Assembly: GCA_035938265.1 (NCBI GenBank)
Contig: DASZHA010000081.1
Location: 13,435-77,434 of the forward strand
Reading direction: 5' to 3'
Length of the DNA: 64,000 nt
From: Candidatus Dormiibacterota bacterium
GTDB taxonomy: Bacteria > Chloroflexota > Dormibacteria > DASZGP01
The notes beneath the pieces were generated by a model, which saw only the letters and a list, made by a program, of their open reading frames with translations, ran no database searches and was not told the DNA's origin. The position numbers and the translations under genes are program-made. Below, one piece after another: positions 30,116 through 38,463 of the stretch (its first letter is position 1; each line of letters begins with the position of its first letter).

Positions 30116-32112
30116 CAGGTCCGGTAGTAGTCGAGGACCATCCGGCGGGCTGAGAACTGGCTGCCGATGTGGCGGATGCTGGCGCGCATCATCGCGACCC
30201 AGCCACTGGTGAGGCCGTTGGGATCGCGGTCGTAGAAGAGCGGAACGACCCGCTCTTCTAGAGTTCGGTACAGGATGTCGGCGTCGCGGGCGTCGTTGTC
30301 GTCGGCCTCGTCGAGGCCGCTGCCGGCGTCGATGGTCCAGCCAGAGTCGCTACGCCGGCCTTCGTCCCACCAGCCGTCGTTGACGGATAGGTTGAGCACG
30401 CCGTTGGCGCCGGCCTTCATCCCGCTGGTGCCGCTGGCCTCCAGGAGCCGCCGCGGGTTGTTGAGCCAGAGGTCGGCACCCTGCACCAGCAGCGGGGCGC
30501 TGCCCAGGTCGTAGTCCTCGATGAAGGCCATCCGCGGTTCGTCGCGAACGAAGCGCGCGACCTCCGACAGGATCTCCTTGCCGATGCCGTCAGACGGGTG
30601 AGCCTTGCCCGCGACCACGACCTGGACCTCTCGGCCGGGGTGGCCGAGGATGGCGCGGAAGCGGTCAGGGTCGCTGAGCATCAGGGCGGCGCGCTTGTAG
30701 CCCGCGAACCGGCGGGCGAAGCCGATGGTGAGCTTGTCGGGATCGAACAGCCCGCTGTCACCGCGGGCGGCGATCGCCCGCTCGATCAGCCGCCGGCGCA
30801 GGCCGGTGCGGATGTCCCAGAGCCGTCGGTCGGGGATCAGGGCGACGCCGCGCCAGCGCTGGTCGTCGGCGTCCAGGTCCCACCATTGCTCATCGACGTA
30901 CTCGACGAGGAGGCTGGCGATCGGCTCCGCCACCCAGGTCGGCATGTGCACACCGTTGGTGACATAGCCGATGGGCACCTCCTCCTCGGGCACTCCGGGC
31001 CAGGCGTCCTTCCAGAGGCGCCGCGAAACCGCCCCGTGCAGCTTGCTGACACCCACGCTGGTGCCGGCCTCACGGAGGGCCACGAAGGTGGTGCACAGGA
31101 TCTCCTCCGCGTCGCCGGGGCGACGGCGGCCCATGTCCACGAACTCGCGCACCGTCATGCCGGCTGCCTCCAAGTAGGGACCCACCAGGCGGGCCACTAG
31201 CTCCTCGGGGAAGTAGTCACTGCCGGCGGCAACCGGCGTATGGGTGGTGAAGATCGACCGCCGCCGGACCTGCTCGCGCGCGTCCCGCAGTGATCGCCCG
31301 GCGGCCACCTCCTCGCGGGTCAGCTCCAGCAGCGAGAGGAAGCTGTGGCCCTCGTTGAGGTGGAATAGCAGCGGGTCCCGCCCCGCTGCCCGCAGGGCGC
31401 GGACGCCGCCGATGCCCAGCACGATCTCCTGGACCAGCCGCGCCTCGGGGTCGGCCACGTAGAGGCGTTCGGTGGCGGCGCGGATGTGGGGCGGGTTCTG
31501 GGGCAGGTCGGTGTCGAGCAGGATCAGCATCACCGAGCCAACGTGCGCGTGCCAGAGGCGGGCTACGGCGTCGTCCCCGCCGACGGTAAAGCGGACCTCC
31601 GTTGGACCGTCCTCGCCGGGCACCGGCGCGATCGGCAGGCGGCTGCGTTCGGTGGCGGGGAAGTCGGTGACCTGCTCGCCATCCTGGCCGAGCACCTGGC
31701 GGGCGAAGGCGGTTCGGTAGAGGAGGCCGACGCCGGTGATCGGGAGGCCGAGCTGAGCGGCGGCCTTGAGCTGGTCGCCGGCGAGGACCCCCAATCCACC
31801 GGAGTAGATCGGCAGGTGCTCGGTGATGGCGTACTCCATCGAGAAGTAGGCAACGCCGCCGCCCAGCCCGGCGCCCCAAGCTTGCATCCCGGGGAAGCCG
31901 CTGGGACGTCGCGCCAGGAGGCGGACGATCTCAGGGTGCGACACCGCCTGGGCACGCGCCTCCGGCGCCATCATCTGGAGCATGACCACGGGGTTGTGCC
32001 CCGACTCGCGCCACAAGGCCGGGTCGAGGTGCTCGAACGCCCGGCGGATGGTCGAGTCCCAGGTCCATGTCAGGTCGTAGGCCAGCGCTTCGAGGTCAGC
32101 GGGCATGGACAT
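30019..32112 (-). CDS. glgP: Alpha-glucan phosphorylase (GT35, maltodextrin/glycogen phosphorylase type)
   Basis: Track ORF 30019..32376 trimmed to ATG 32112 (MSMPADLEALAYDLTWTWD...) or 32106. Contains the PLP-lysine motif EASGTSGMKAGANG. The 3' end overlaps the glgB 3' end by 97 nt. Confidence 0.85.
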   Translation of the reverse strand: MSMPADLEALAYDLTWTWDSTIRRAFEHLDPALWRESGHNPVVMLQMMAPEARAQAVSHPEIVRLLARRPSGFPGMQAWGAGLGGGVAYFSMEYAITEHLPIYSGGLGVLAGDQLKAAAQLGLPITGVGLLYRTAFARQVLGQDGEQVTDFPATERSRLPIAPVPGEDGPTEVRFTVGGDDAVARLWHAHVGSVMLILLDTDLPQNPPHIRAATERLYVADPEARLVQEIVLGIGGVRALRAAGRDPLLFHLNEGHSFLSLLELTREEVAAGRSLRDAREQVRRRSIFTTHTPVAAGSDYFPEELVARLVGPYLEAAGMTVREFVDMGRRRPGDAEEILCTTFVALREAGTSVGVSKLHGAVSRRLWKDAWPGVPEEEVPIGYVTNGVHMPTWVAEPIASLLVEYVDEQWWDLDADDQRWRGVALIPDRRLWDIRTGLRRRLIERAIAARGDSGLFDPDKLTIGFARRFAGYKRAALMLSDPDRFRAILGHPGREVQVVVAGKAHPSDGIGKEILSEVARFVRDEPRMAFIEDYDLGSAPLLVQGADLWLNNPRRLLEASGTSGMKAGANGVLNLSVNDGWWDEGRRSDSGWTIDAGSGLDEADDNDARDADILYRTLEERVVPLFYDRDPNGLTSGWVAMMRASIRHIGSQFSARRMVLDYYRTCYLPAARLAARDDSGTSQTTASGGSVKTADDG

Positions 32113-32137
32113 TAGCCTACGTTGCGACAATCGGTCG

Positions 32138-33343
32138 ATGAGCGATAGCCTCCCGACGCCCGCCGACGTCCAGCGCGGGCGGCAGGCCGACCGGCGGCCG
32201 CGGTCAGCCGATCGGCGGCGCTGGTCGAGCGTGGTGGCGACGACGTTCCACGTCGCCTGGCGAAACCTAACCGGCGAGCGGCGGCGCTGGGCGGTCAGCA
32301 CGATCGCGCTCGGCATCGCCGCGATGCTGGTGATCTTCCTCGAGGGCACGGCGCGGTGGGTGACGAGCTCGGGCACCGCCTACCTCGACCACTCGGGGTC
32401 GCACCTGGTCGTGGCCCAGACGGGCGTGGACGACCTCCTCTTCGCCCAGTCGATATTCCCGATGTCGACGTCAACCCAGGTCGGCCAGGTGAACGGCGTG
32501 GCGTCGGCCGCCAGCATCGTCGGCGTCAACGGCGTGGTGTCGGTGGGCGGCGCCCACCTGCCCGTGTACCTGATCGGCTTCCAGCCGGGGCAGGCTGGGG
32601 GACCGTGGAAGATGCAATCCGGGTCGGGGGAGCCGCACGGCTCTGAGGTCGTCCTCGACCGCGGCTTCGCCCGCGTGGCCAAGGTGGAGGTGGGGCAGAC
32701 GGTGAGGCTGTTCGGCCAGGACCTGAAGGTGGTTGGCACCTCTGCTGAGACCGACGCCGCTGGGGATTTCTTCGTCTTCGTCCCCCTCGAGGTGGCGCAG
32801 AAGGTCGCTGGTGATGGAGCCGTCAGCTACAGCCTGGTCACGGTCAGGGACCAGTCCTCCGCGGGACAGATCGCCTCGAGCATCAACCAGCTCCCCGGGG
32901 TCCACGCGCTGCCCAGGAGCGAGATCGCCGCCAACGACCGCGCCATGATGACCACCAGCTTCTCGCAGCCGGTGCAGATCGTGGCCCTGGTCGGCCTGGT
33001 CGCAGGCGTCTTGATCACCGGGATCGTCCTTTACACCACGACGGTGGAGCACTCACGGGACTATGCCGTGCTCAAGGCGATCGGAGCCAGTGGCGGGGTG
33101 GTCTATGGCAGCGCCCTGCTACAGGCGGTTGTGCTCTCCATCGGCGGCATACTGCTCGGCTGGGGTATGGCGACTGCGATGGCGTTTGCCTTCGATACCT
33201 GGGACCCGGTGGTCGAGGCGCAGCTCGACGCCGACCTTGTGATCAGCGTTGCCGCCGTCATCCTGGTCGTCAACGTACTCGCCTCATTGCTGCCGATCCG
33301 TCACGTCAGCCGGATCGACCCGCAGGAGGTCTTCAAGGCGTGA
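32138..33343 (+). CDS. ABC transporter permease, MacB/FtsX type (4 TM with a large extracytoplasmic domain)
   Basis: Track ORF trimmed to ATG 32138. FHVAWRNLTGERRRWAVSTIALGIAAML is followed by a roughly 220 aa loop and then the FtsX C-terminal TM bundle (AVLKAIGASGGVVYGSALLQA...). Confidence 0.8.
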   Translation: MSDSLPTPADVQRGRQADRRPRSADRRRWSSVVATTFHVAWRNLTGERRRWAVSTIALGIAAMLVIFLEGTARWVTSSGTAYLDHSGSHLVVAQTGVDDLLFAQSIFPMSTSTQVGQVNGVASAASIVGVNGVVSVGGAHLPVYLIGFQPGQAGGPWKMQSGSGEPHGSEVVLDRGFARVAKVEVGQTVRLFGQDLKVVGTSAETDAAGDFFVFVPLEVAQKVAGDGAVSYSLVTVRDQSSAGQIASSINQLPGVHALPRSEIAANDRAMMTTSFSQPVQIVALVGLVAGVLITGIVLYTTTVEHSRDYAVLKAIGASGGVVYGSALLQAVVLSIGGILLGWGMATAMAFAFDTWDPVVEAQLDADLVISVAAVILVVNVLASLLPIRHVSRIDPQEVFKA

Positions 33344-34029
33344 ACGTCATGACCGATGGCGTGAACGTCGTCACCGAGGGGCTCTCCAAGACGTTCGGCG
33401 CTGGGCCGACCGCCGTCACCGCGGTTACCGACGCCAACCTCTCGGTGGAGGCAGGCGAGGTCGTGGTCCTCCTGGGGCCGTCGGGGTCGGGCAAGACCAC
33501 TCTCCTTTCGATGATCGGCGGCCTTCTGCACCCGACCTCGGGCCAGGTAATGCTCGGCGGTCAACGCCTCGAGGGCAGGCCGCGCGACCTGGCTCGCGTA
33601 CGGCTGAACTCGATCGGCTTCGTATTTCAGACGTTCAACCTGCTGCCCGGTTTCAACGCCCAGGAGAACGTCGCGCTGCCGCTGCGCCTGCTCGGCGTGC
33701 CGGCCGGTGCGGCTCGGGAGCGGGCCACGGAGATGCTGACCGCGCTGGGCCTTGGTGAGCGGCTGACCTCGAGCCCCAAGACGCTCAGCGGTGGCGAGAA
33801 GCAGCGTGTCAGCCTGGCGCGCGCGCTGGTGGCGGAACCGACTGTGCTGCTGGCTGACGAGCCGACCGCCAGTCTGGATACCAACACCGGGCGGGACGCC
33901 ATGCGCGTCCTCAGCTCCTCTGCCCGCAGCGGGAGGCAAGCCTGCCTGGTGGTCACGCACGACACCCGCCTGGTGGAGTTCGCCGACAGGGTGATGCGGA
34001 TCGAGGACGGGCGGATCCTGGACAGCTGA
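33340..34029 (+). CDS. ABC transporter ATP-binding protein (MacB/LolD-like)
   Basis: GTG 33340 overlaps the permease stop (GTGA). Walker A GPSGSGKTT, signature LSGGEKQRVSLARAL, Walker B LLADEPT. Confidence 0.9.
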   Translation: MNVMTDGVNVVTEGLSKTFGAGPTAVTAVTDANLSVEAGEVVVLLGPSGSGKTTLLSMIGGLLHPTSGQVMLGGQRLEGRPRDLARVRLNSIGFVFQTFNLLPGFNAQENVALPLRLLGVPAGAARERATEMLTALGLGERLTSSPKTLSGGEKQRVSLARALVAEPTVLLADEPTASLDTNTGRDAMRVLSSSARSGRQACLVVTHDTRLVEFADRVMRIEDGRILDS

Positions 34030-34083
34030 GCGGGGTACAATCGGCCGCCGGCAGGTCGGCAGCCAGTCACGGGGGAGAACAGG

Positions 34084-35352
34084 TTGAACCACTCACGGAT
34101 CTTTCTTGGCGCTCTCGCCGCATCGGCCTGCGTGCTGGCCGGCTGCAACCTCACCTCAACGTCCACCTCCAGCTCGTCTGCCGCGGACTCGGTCACCATC
34201 GTGCTCAACACTCCGACCGGCAAGCTCCCCTACGTCGCCTCGTTCACGCAGCAGGGCGCGCAGCTGGCCACCGACGAGATCAACAAGGCTGGCGGCATCA
34301 GCGTTGGTGGCAAGAAGTACCAGGTCAAGCTGCTGGCCTTGGACAACGAGCTCTCCCCGACCAAGTCGCTGGACAACGTCAAACGGGCGGTGAGCGAGAA
34401 GGCGGTCGCCATCATCGACGACGGCTACACGGTGGATGCGACCTACCAGGCGGCCGCGGATGCGGGCCTTCCCATCATGATCGACTACGACACCAACGCG
34501 GCCCTGGTCGACGCCACCAAGCGACCCAACGTCTACCGTATCGCGCCGCCCAACGACGCCATGGCCGAGCACCTGGCGGCCTATGTGGGCGCCAAAAAAC
34601 TCCAGCTGGCCCTGGTCCACGACGACAGCGACTACGGGCAGGACGGCGCCAGCCACCTCAGGGACGCGTTCAGCAAGGCCGGCTTCCCGCTTTCGCCCGA
34701 CGTCACGATTCCCTCCACCGGCACCGGGTATTCCACCCAGGCGCTGCAGGTGAAGCAGAGTGGCGCCACCGGCGTCCTGCTCTGGGGCCGTGCACCCTCG
34801 ATGGCGCAGTTCATCAAGGACTACCGCGGCGGCGGCGGCACCGCGCCGATCTTCGCCGGACCGAATGCTGAGGACCCCATTGTCCGCACCCAGAACGCGG
34901 ATCATCCCGAGTACATCGAAGGTCTGACATATGCATCGTTCCGAATCACCACCGAGGTCGGTCCGGATCCCTGGAACGCGTTCCGCAAGAAGTACGAGGA
35001 CCACAACTTCAACAACGGCTCCGCCGACTTCAAGGTCGGCGTCCAGACCAAGGCCAAGAAGGACGTGGTCCAACCGCCCGACTGGCAGCTCTTCCCCTAC
35101 GACATGGTCTACCTGGTCAAGGGTGCGCTGGAGAAGTCAGGGAGTGTCGAGACATCGGGGAACAAGCTGATCACGGCCCTCAACGGCGTGCAGATCAAGA
35201 GCGGCAACGGCGATAACCGAGGCTGGACAAAGGACAACCATGAGGGCGTCGTCGATGACGACATCTACTTCGCCACCTTCACCGACATGAAGTTCAAGCC
35301 GGTCCAGGACGATGCCCTCTCCAAGTCGCTGCCCCCGATAGACCAGGAGTAG
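34084..35352 (+). CDS. Type-I periplasmic-binding-fold lipoprotein (Leu/Ile/Val-binding, LivJ-like ABC substrate-binding protein)
   Basis: TTG 34084 lies 7 nt after GGGGGAG. Lipobox LAGC. LATDEINKAGGISVGGKKYQVKLLALDNELSPTKS...AVAIIDDGYT is typical of the family. Confidence 0.8.
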   Translation: MNHSRIFLGALAASACVLAGCNLTSTSTSSSSAADSVTIVLNTPTGKLPYVASFTQQGAQLATDEINKAGGISVGGKKYQVKLLALDNELSPTKSLDNVKRAVSEKAVAIIDDGYTVDATYQAAADAGLPIMIDYDTNAALVDATKRPNVYRIAPPNDAMAEHLAAYVGAKKLQLALVHDDSDYGQDGASHLRDAFSKAGFPLSPDVTIPSTGTGYSTQALQVKQSGATGVLLWGRAPSMAQFIKDYRGGGGTAPIFAGPNAEDPIVRTQNADHPEYIEGLTYASFRITTEVGPDPWNAFRKKYEDHNFNNGSADFKVGVQTKAKKDVVQPPDWQLFPYDMVYLVKGALEKSGSVETSGNKLITALNGVQIKSGNGDNRGWTKDNHEGVVDDDIYFATFTDMKFKPVQDDALSKSLPPIDQE

Positions 35353-35359
35353 CGGGGCG

Positions 35360-35433
35360 TGGGCCCTGCTGGATTCGAACCAGCGACCGGCGGATTATGA
35401 GTCCGCTGCTCTGACCGGCTGAGCTAAGGGCCC
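35360..35433 (-). tRNA. tRNA with CAT anticodon (elongator Met or lysidine-modified Ile2; no encoded CCA)
   Basis: Hand-folded cloverleaf: GGGCCCT/AGGGCCC acceptor stem (7 bp), D stem GCTC/GAGC, anticodon stem GCGGA/TCCGC with loop CTCATAA, variable loop CGGTC, T stem GCTGG/CCAGC with TTCGAAT, discriminator A. Confidence 0.85.
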
Positions 35434-35461
35434 CGGCCGAAAGGTTAACCCTGACAGCCGG

Positions 35462-35845
35462 CTACTCTGTGGAAGCTGGGCTGGCCTCCGGGATCAAACG
35501 CCGGACCTCGGCGCTGAGGGCTTGGAGTGAGAACGGCTTGGTCATGAAGGCGTCGGCGCCCGCCTCCTTGGCGGCCTCCTCGACCTGGGAGTTGGCGGTC
35601 AGCATCACGATCCTGATGTCGCCACCGCCGTCCATCTCGCGCACCTGGCGACAGACCTCAACCCCGCTCATTCCCGGCATCATGGCGTCGAGGACCATGA
35701 TCGCCGGGTGGCGCAGGCGCACCTGGGCCAGGGCCTCGCGACCGTTGGTCGCCACCCGGACGGGGTAGCCCTCGGTTTCGAAGTGAAGGGCCAGAACCCG
35801 CACCAGGGGCATGTCGTCGTCGACCACCAGGACCTCGGGCTTCAT
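35462..35845 (-). CDS. Single-domain response regulator (CheY-like receiver)
   Basis: This is the last 127 aa of track ORF 35462..36544. ATG 35845 overlaps the stop of the upstream gene (ATGA). Sequence: MKPEVLVVDDDMPLVRVL...VLDAMMPGMSG...MTKPF. Confidence 0.85.
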   Translation of the reverse strand: MKPEVLVVDDDMPLVRVLALHFETEGYPVRVATNGREALAQVRLRHPAIMVLDAMMPGMSGVEVCRQVREMDGGGDIRIVMLTANSQVEEAAKEAGADAFMTKPFSLQALSAEVRRLIPEASPASTE

Positions 35846-37977
35846 CGCACCCTGGCCTCGCCGCGCAGACGCGCCGCCGACTCTCCAGTCTCGGCGCCAA
35901 TGCCCCAAGCGGACTGCTTCAGCCAGACCTCCAGCTCCGCTGGCAGCAGCGCCTCGCTGATGTAGAAGCCCTGGGCCGCGTCGCACCCCAACGACTCCAG
36001 CACCAGCCAGGTGTCCTCGTCCTCGACCCCCTCGGCGGTGACCCTGAGGCGCAGGTTGTGACCGAGGTCGATCGTGGGCTGGACGATGGCGGCGTCGTCG
36101 GGGTTGACGGCCATGTCCCGCACGAACGAGCGGTCGATCTTGATCTCGTCCACCGGCAGGGTCTTGAGGTAGCTGAGCGCCGAGTACCCGGTACCGAAGT
36201 CGTCGATCGAAACACCGACGCCCATGTCGCTGAGGCGGCGCACGGTGCGGTCCGCCTGGGCCACCATGATCGCGCTCTCGGTGATCTCCACGGTCAGCGC
36301 CGAGGGGTCGAGCTTGTACTTTGCGAGGAGGTCGCGGATCATCTCCGGCAGGCTCGCCTCGTGAAGGTTGGCGGCCGACAGGTTGACCGCCATCGACAGC
36401 TCCAGCCCGGCGCGGCGCCACGCATCGAGCTGCTTGAGCGACGTTTCCAGAACCCAGCGCGCCAGGGAGCTGAGAAGGTCGGTCTGCTCGGCCATGGGGA
36501 TGAACTGATCGGGCGGGATCAGGCCGCGCACAGGGTGCCGCCACCGAACCAGCGCCTCAACGCCGTACGTCCGGCGGGTCCTGAAGTCGACCTTGGGCAT
36601 GTAGTGCAGCTCCAGCTGCTGGTTGCGAATCGCCTGCCGGAGCTCGGTCATCAGTGCCAGCCGGCCGGCGCTGTGCTCGTCGTGTTCCTGCGAGTAGATG
36701 GCCAGGCCGGTCTTGTTGCGCTTGGCGACGTACATCGCGACGTCGGCGTGCCGCAACAGGGTCTCGACGTCGCGGCCGTGCTCGGGGAATTGGGCGATAC
36801 CGATGCTGAGCCCGGCGTCAATCCGGGCTTCGCCGATGGCGAAGGGAAGGTCCAGCGACGCCAGGATCTTTCGGGCGGTGACGATGGTCAGCTCCGCCGA
36901 CGTGGTGTTGGTTGGCAGCACGCCAAACTCGTCGCCGCCCAGGCGAGCCACGGTGTCGGCCTGCCGCAACGCCAGCCGCAGCCGCTCCGCCATCTGCTGC
37001 AGCAGCAGGTCGCCGGCCTGGTGGCCCAGGGAATCATTGACCTCCTTGAAGCGGTCCATGTCCATCACCAGCACCCCGAAGGACGAGCTGTCGCGGGTGC
37101 CGGTGACGATCGCATGGGAGAGGCGGTCGGTGAACAAGGTGCGGTTGGGCAGCTCCGTCAGGGCATCGTGCAACGCCAGGAACTCGAGTTCTTTCTCGGC
37201 CTTGCGGCGCTCGGTTACGTCCTGTACCACGCCGATGCTGTACAGCGGTTTACCCTCTTTGTCTTTGACAAGTGACACGCTGACCTGCACCCATACCACG
37301 TCACCGGTCTTTTTCAGGTAGCGCTTCTCGATCCGATAGGCGTCGTTCTGGCCGGCGAACATCTGACGCGAGAGGTCGGCGGCGGGGTCAATGTCATCGG
37401 GGTGGGTGATGTCCTCGATGCCGAGCTTGACGATGTCGTCGTGCTCGTATTCCAGCATCTGGCAGAAGGCATCGTTGACCTCGATGAACCTATAGTCCGA
37501 ACCCACCAGGGCGATTCCCACCGAACCCTCTTCGAAGACCCGCTGGAAGCGCTCCTGGCTCTCGCGTAGCCGCTCCTCAGTGGCTCGCTTGGCATCCCGC
37601 ATGGTCTTCTGGTCGAGAGCCTTGGTGACCGCCGGCGCCAGCCGCGTGAGGCGGTCCTTGAGCAGGTAGTCGGCGGCGCCCATGTGGATCGCCTCCACGG
37701 CGACGTCTTCGCCGATGCTGCCAGACACGATGATGAAGGGGACATCGATGTCACGCTCGTTGAGCAGCTTGAGGGCGCTGATGGCGTCGAACTGGGGAAG
37801 GTTGTAATCCGCCAGGATCAGGTCGTAGCTGGAGCCGAGCTGTTGAAGGTAGTCCGCCTTGTTGTCGACGCGTGTGACCTCGGCGTCGTAGCCCGCTACC
37901 TTGAGCTCGTGCATGACCAGCTCGGCGTCAGGGGCGCGATCCTCCAGCATGAGGACGTTGATCGGAATCATCGACAA
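35842..37977 (-). CDS. REC-PAS-GGDEF-EAL protein (c-di-GMP synthase/phosphodiesterase, both domains apparently intact)
   Basis: 711 aa. Receiver: LMLEDRAPDAE...LADYNLPQFD...LLKD. A PAS domain follows. GGDEF has an I-site exactly 5 residues upstream (RQADTVARLGGDEF). EAL: EALVRW, EITES, DDFGTGYSAL, AEGVE. Confidence 0.9.
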   Translation of the reverse strand: MSMIPINVLMLEDRAPDAELVMHELKVAGYDAEVTRVDNKADYLQQLGSSYDLILADYNLPQFDAISALKLLNERDIDVPFIIVSGSIGEDVAVEAIHMGAADYLLKDRLTRLAPAVTKALDQKTMRDAKRATEERLRESQERFQRVFEEGSVGIALVGSDYRFIEVNDAFCQMLEYEHDDIVKLGIEDITHPDDIDPAADLSRQMFAGQNDAYRIEKRYLKKTGDVVWVQVSVSLVKDKEGKPLYSIGVVQDVTERRKAEKELEFLALHDALTELPNRTLFTDRLSHAIVTGTRDSSSFGVLVMDMDRFKEVNDSLGHQAGDLLLQQMAERLRLALRQADTVARLGGDEFGVLPTNTTSAELTIVTARKILASLDLPFAIGEARIDAGLSIGIAQFPEHGRDVETLLRHADVAMYVAKRNKTGLAIYSQEHDEHSAGRLALMTELRQAIRNQQLELHYMPKVDFRTRRTYGVEALVRWRHPVRGLIPPDQFIPMAEQTDLLSSLARWVLETSLKQLDAWRRAGLELSMAVNLSAANLHEASLPEMIRDLLAKYKLDPSALTVEITESAIMVAQADRTVRRLSDMGVGVSIDDFGTGYSALSYLKTLPVDEIKIDRSFVRDMAVNPDDAAIVQPTIDLGHNLRLRVTAEGVEDEDTWLVLESLGCDAAQGFYISEALLPAELEVWLKQSAWGIGAETGESAARLRGEARVR

Positions 37978-37980
37978 TGC

Positions 37981-38463
37981 TCAGTTGGCGTCGGGCAACG
38001 GCGGGCGGTTGAGCAGCAGCCAGTACAGCCCCAGCTCGCGAACCGCTTCGGTGAACTGCTCGAAGTCCACCGGCTTGACGATGTAGCTGTTGGCGCCGCA
38101 GTCGTACCCGCTGACAATGTCGCGCTCCTCGCGCGAGGAGGTCAGCAGCACCACCGGGATGTGCTTGGTGCGGGGATCCTTCTTGACCTGGCTGAGGACC
38201 TCCAGTCCGTCCACCTTGGGCAGCTTGAGGTCCAGCAAGATGACGCGCGGAGACTGGTCTAGATCACGCCCCTCATAGGCGCCACGGGCGAAGAGGAAGT
38301 CGAGAGCCTCCTCGCCGTCTCGGACCACGTGCAGACGGTGCGACACGTGGTACTTGTTGAAAGCGTGGAGGGTGAGCTCCTCGTCGTTGGGGTTGTCCTC
38401 GACCAACAGGATCTCCACCTCACGCTCCAAGGGCTGCAATCCCCGTTTCCATCCCTGGTTCAT
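37981..38463 (-). CDS. Single-domain response regulator (Rcp1-like CheY receiver)
   Basis: Track ORF trimmed to ATG 38463, which overlaps the HK 3' end by 44 nt. The alternative GTG 38418 lies directly after the HK stop. Sequence: EILLVEDNPNDEELTLHAF...ILLDLKLPKVDG...YIVKPVDFEQF. Confidence 0.85.
   Translation of the reverse strand: MNQGWKRGLQPLEREVEILLVEDNPNDEELTLHAFNKYHVSHRLHVVRDGEEALDFLFARGAYEGRDLDQSPRVILLDLKLPKVDGLEVLSQVKKDPRTKHIPVVLLTSSREERDIVSGYDCGANSYIVKPVDFEQFTEAVRELGLYWLLLNRPPLPDAN

Noticed and set aside
35300-35500. tRNA gene as a possible genomic-island integration site, given the signalling gene block next to it
   Set aside because: There is no integrase, no direct repeat of the tRNA 3' end that I could spot, no composition change, and no mobile-element genes on either side.
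35462-36544. 360-aa ORF that would give a large protein ending in a receiver domain
   Set aside because: The first roughly 230 residues are out-of-frame read-through of the EAL region of the upstream gene and are Arg/Gly/Pro-rich. A clean ATG at 35845 with an ATGA overlap gives a canonical 127-aa CheY-like protein.
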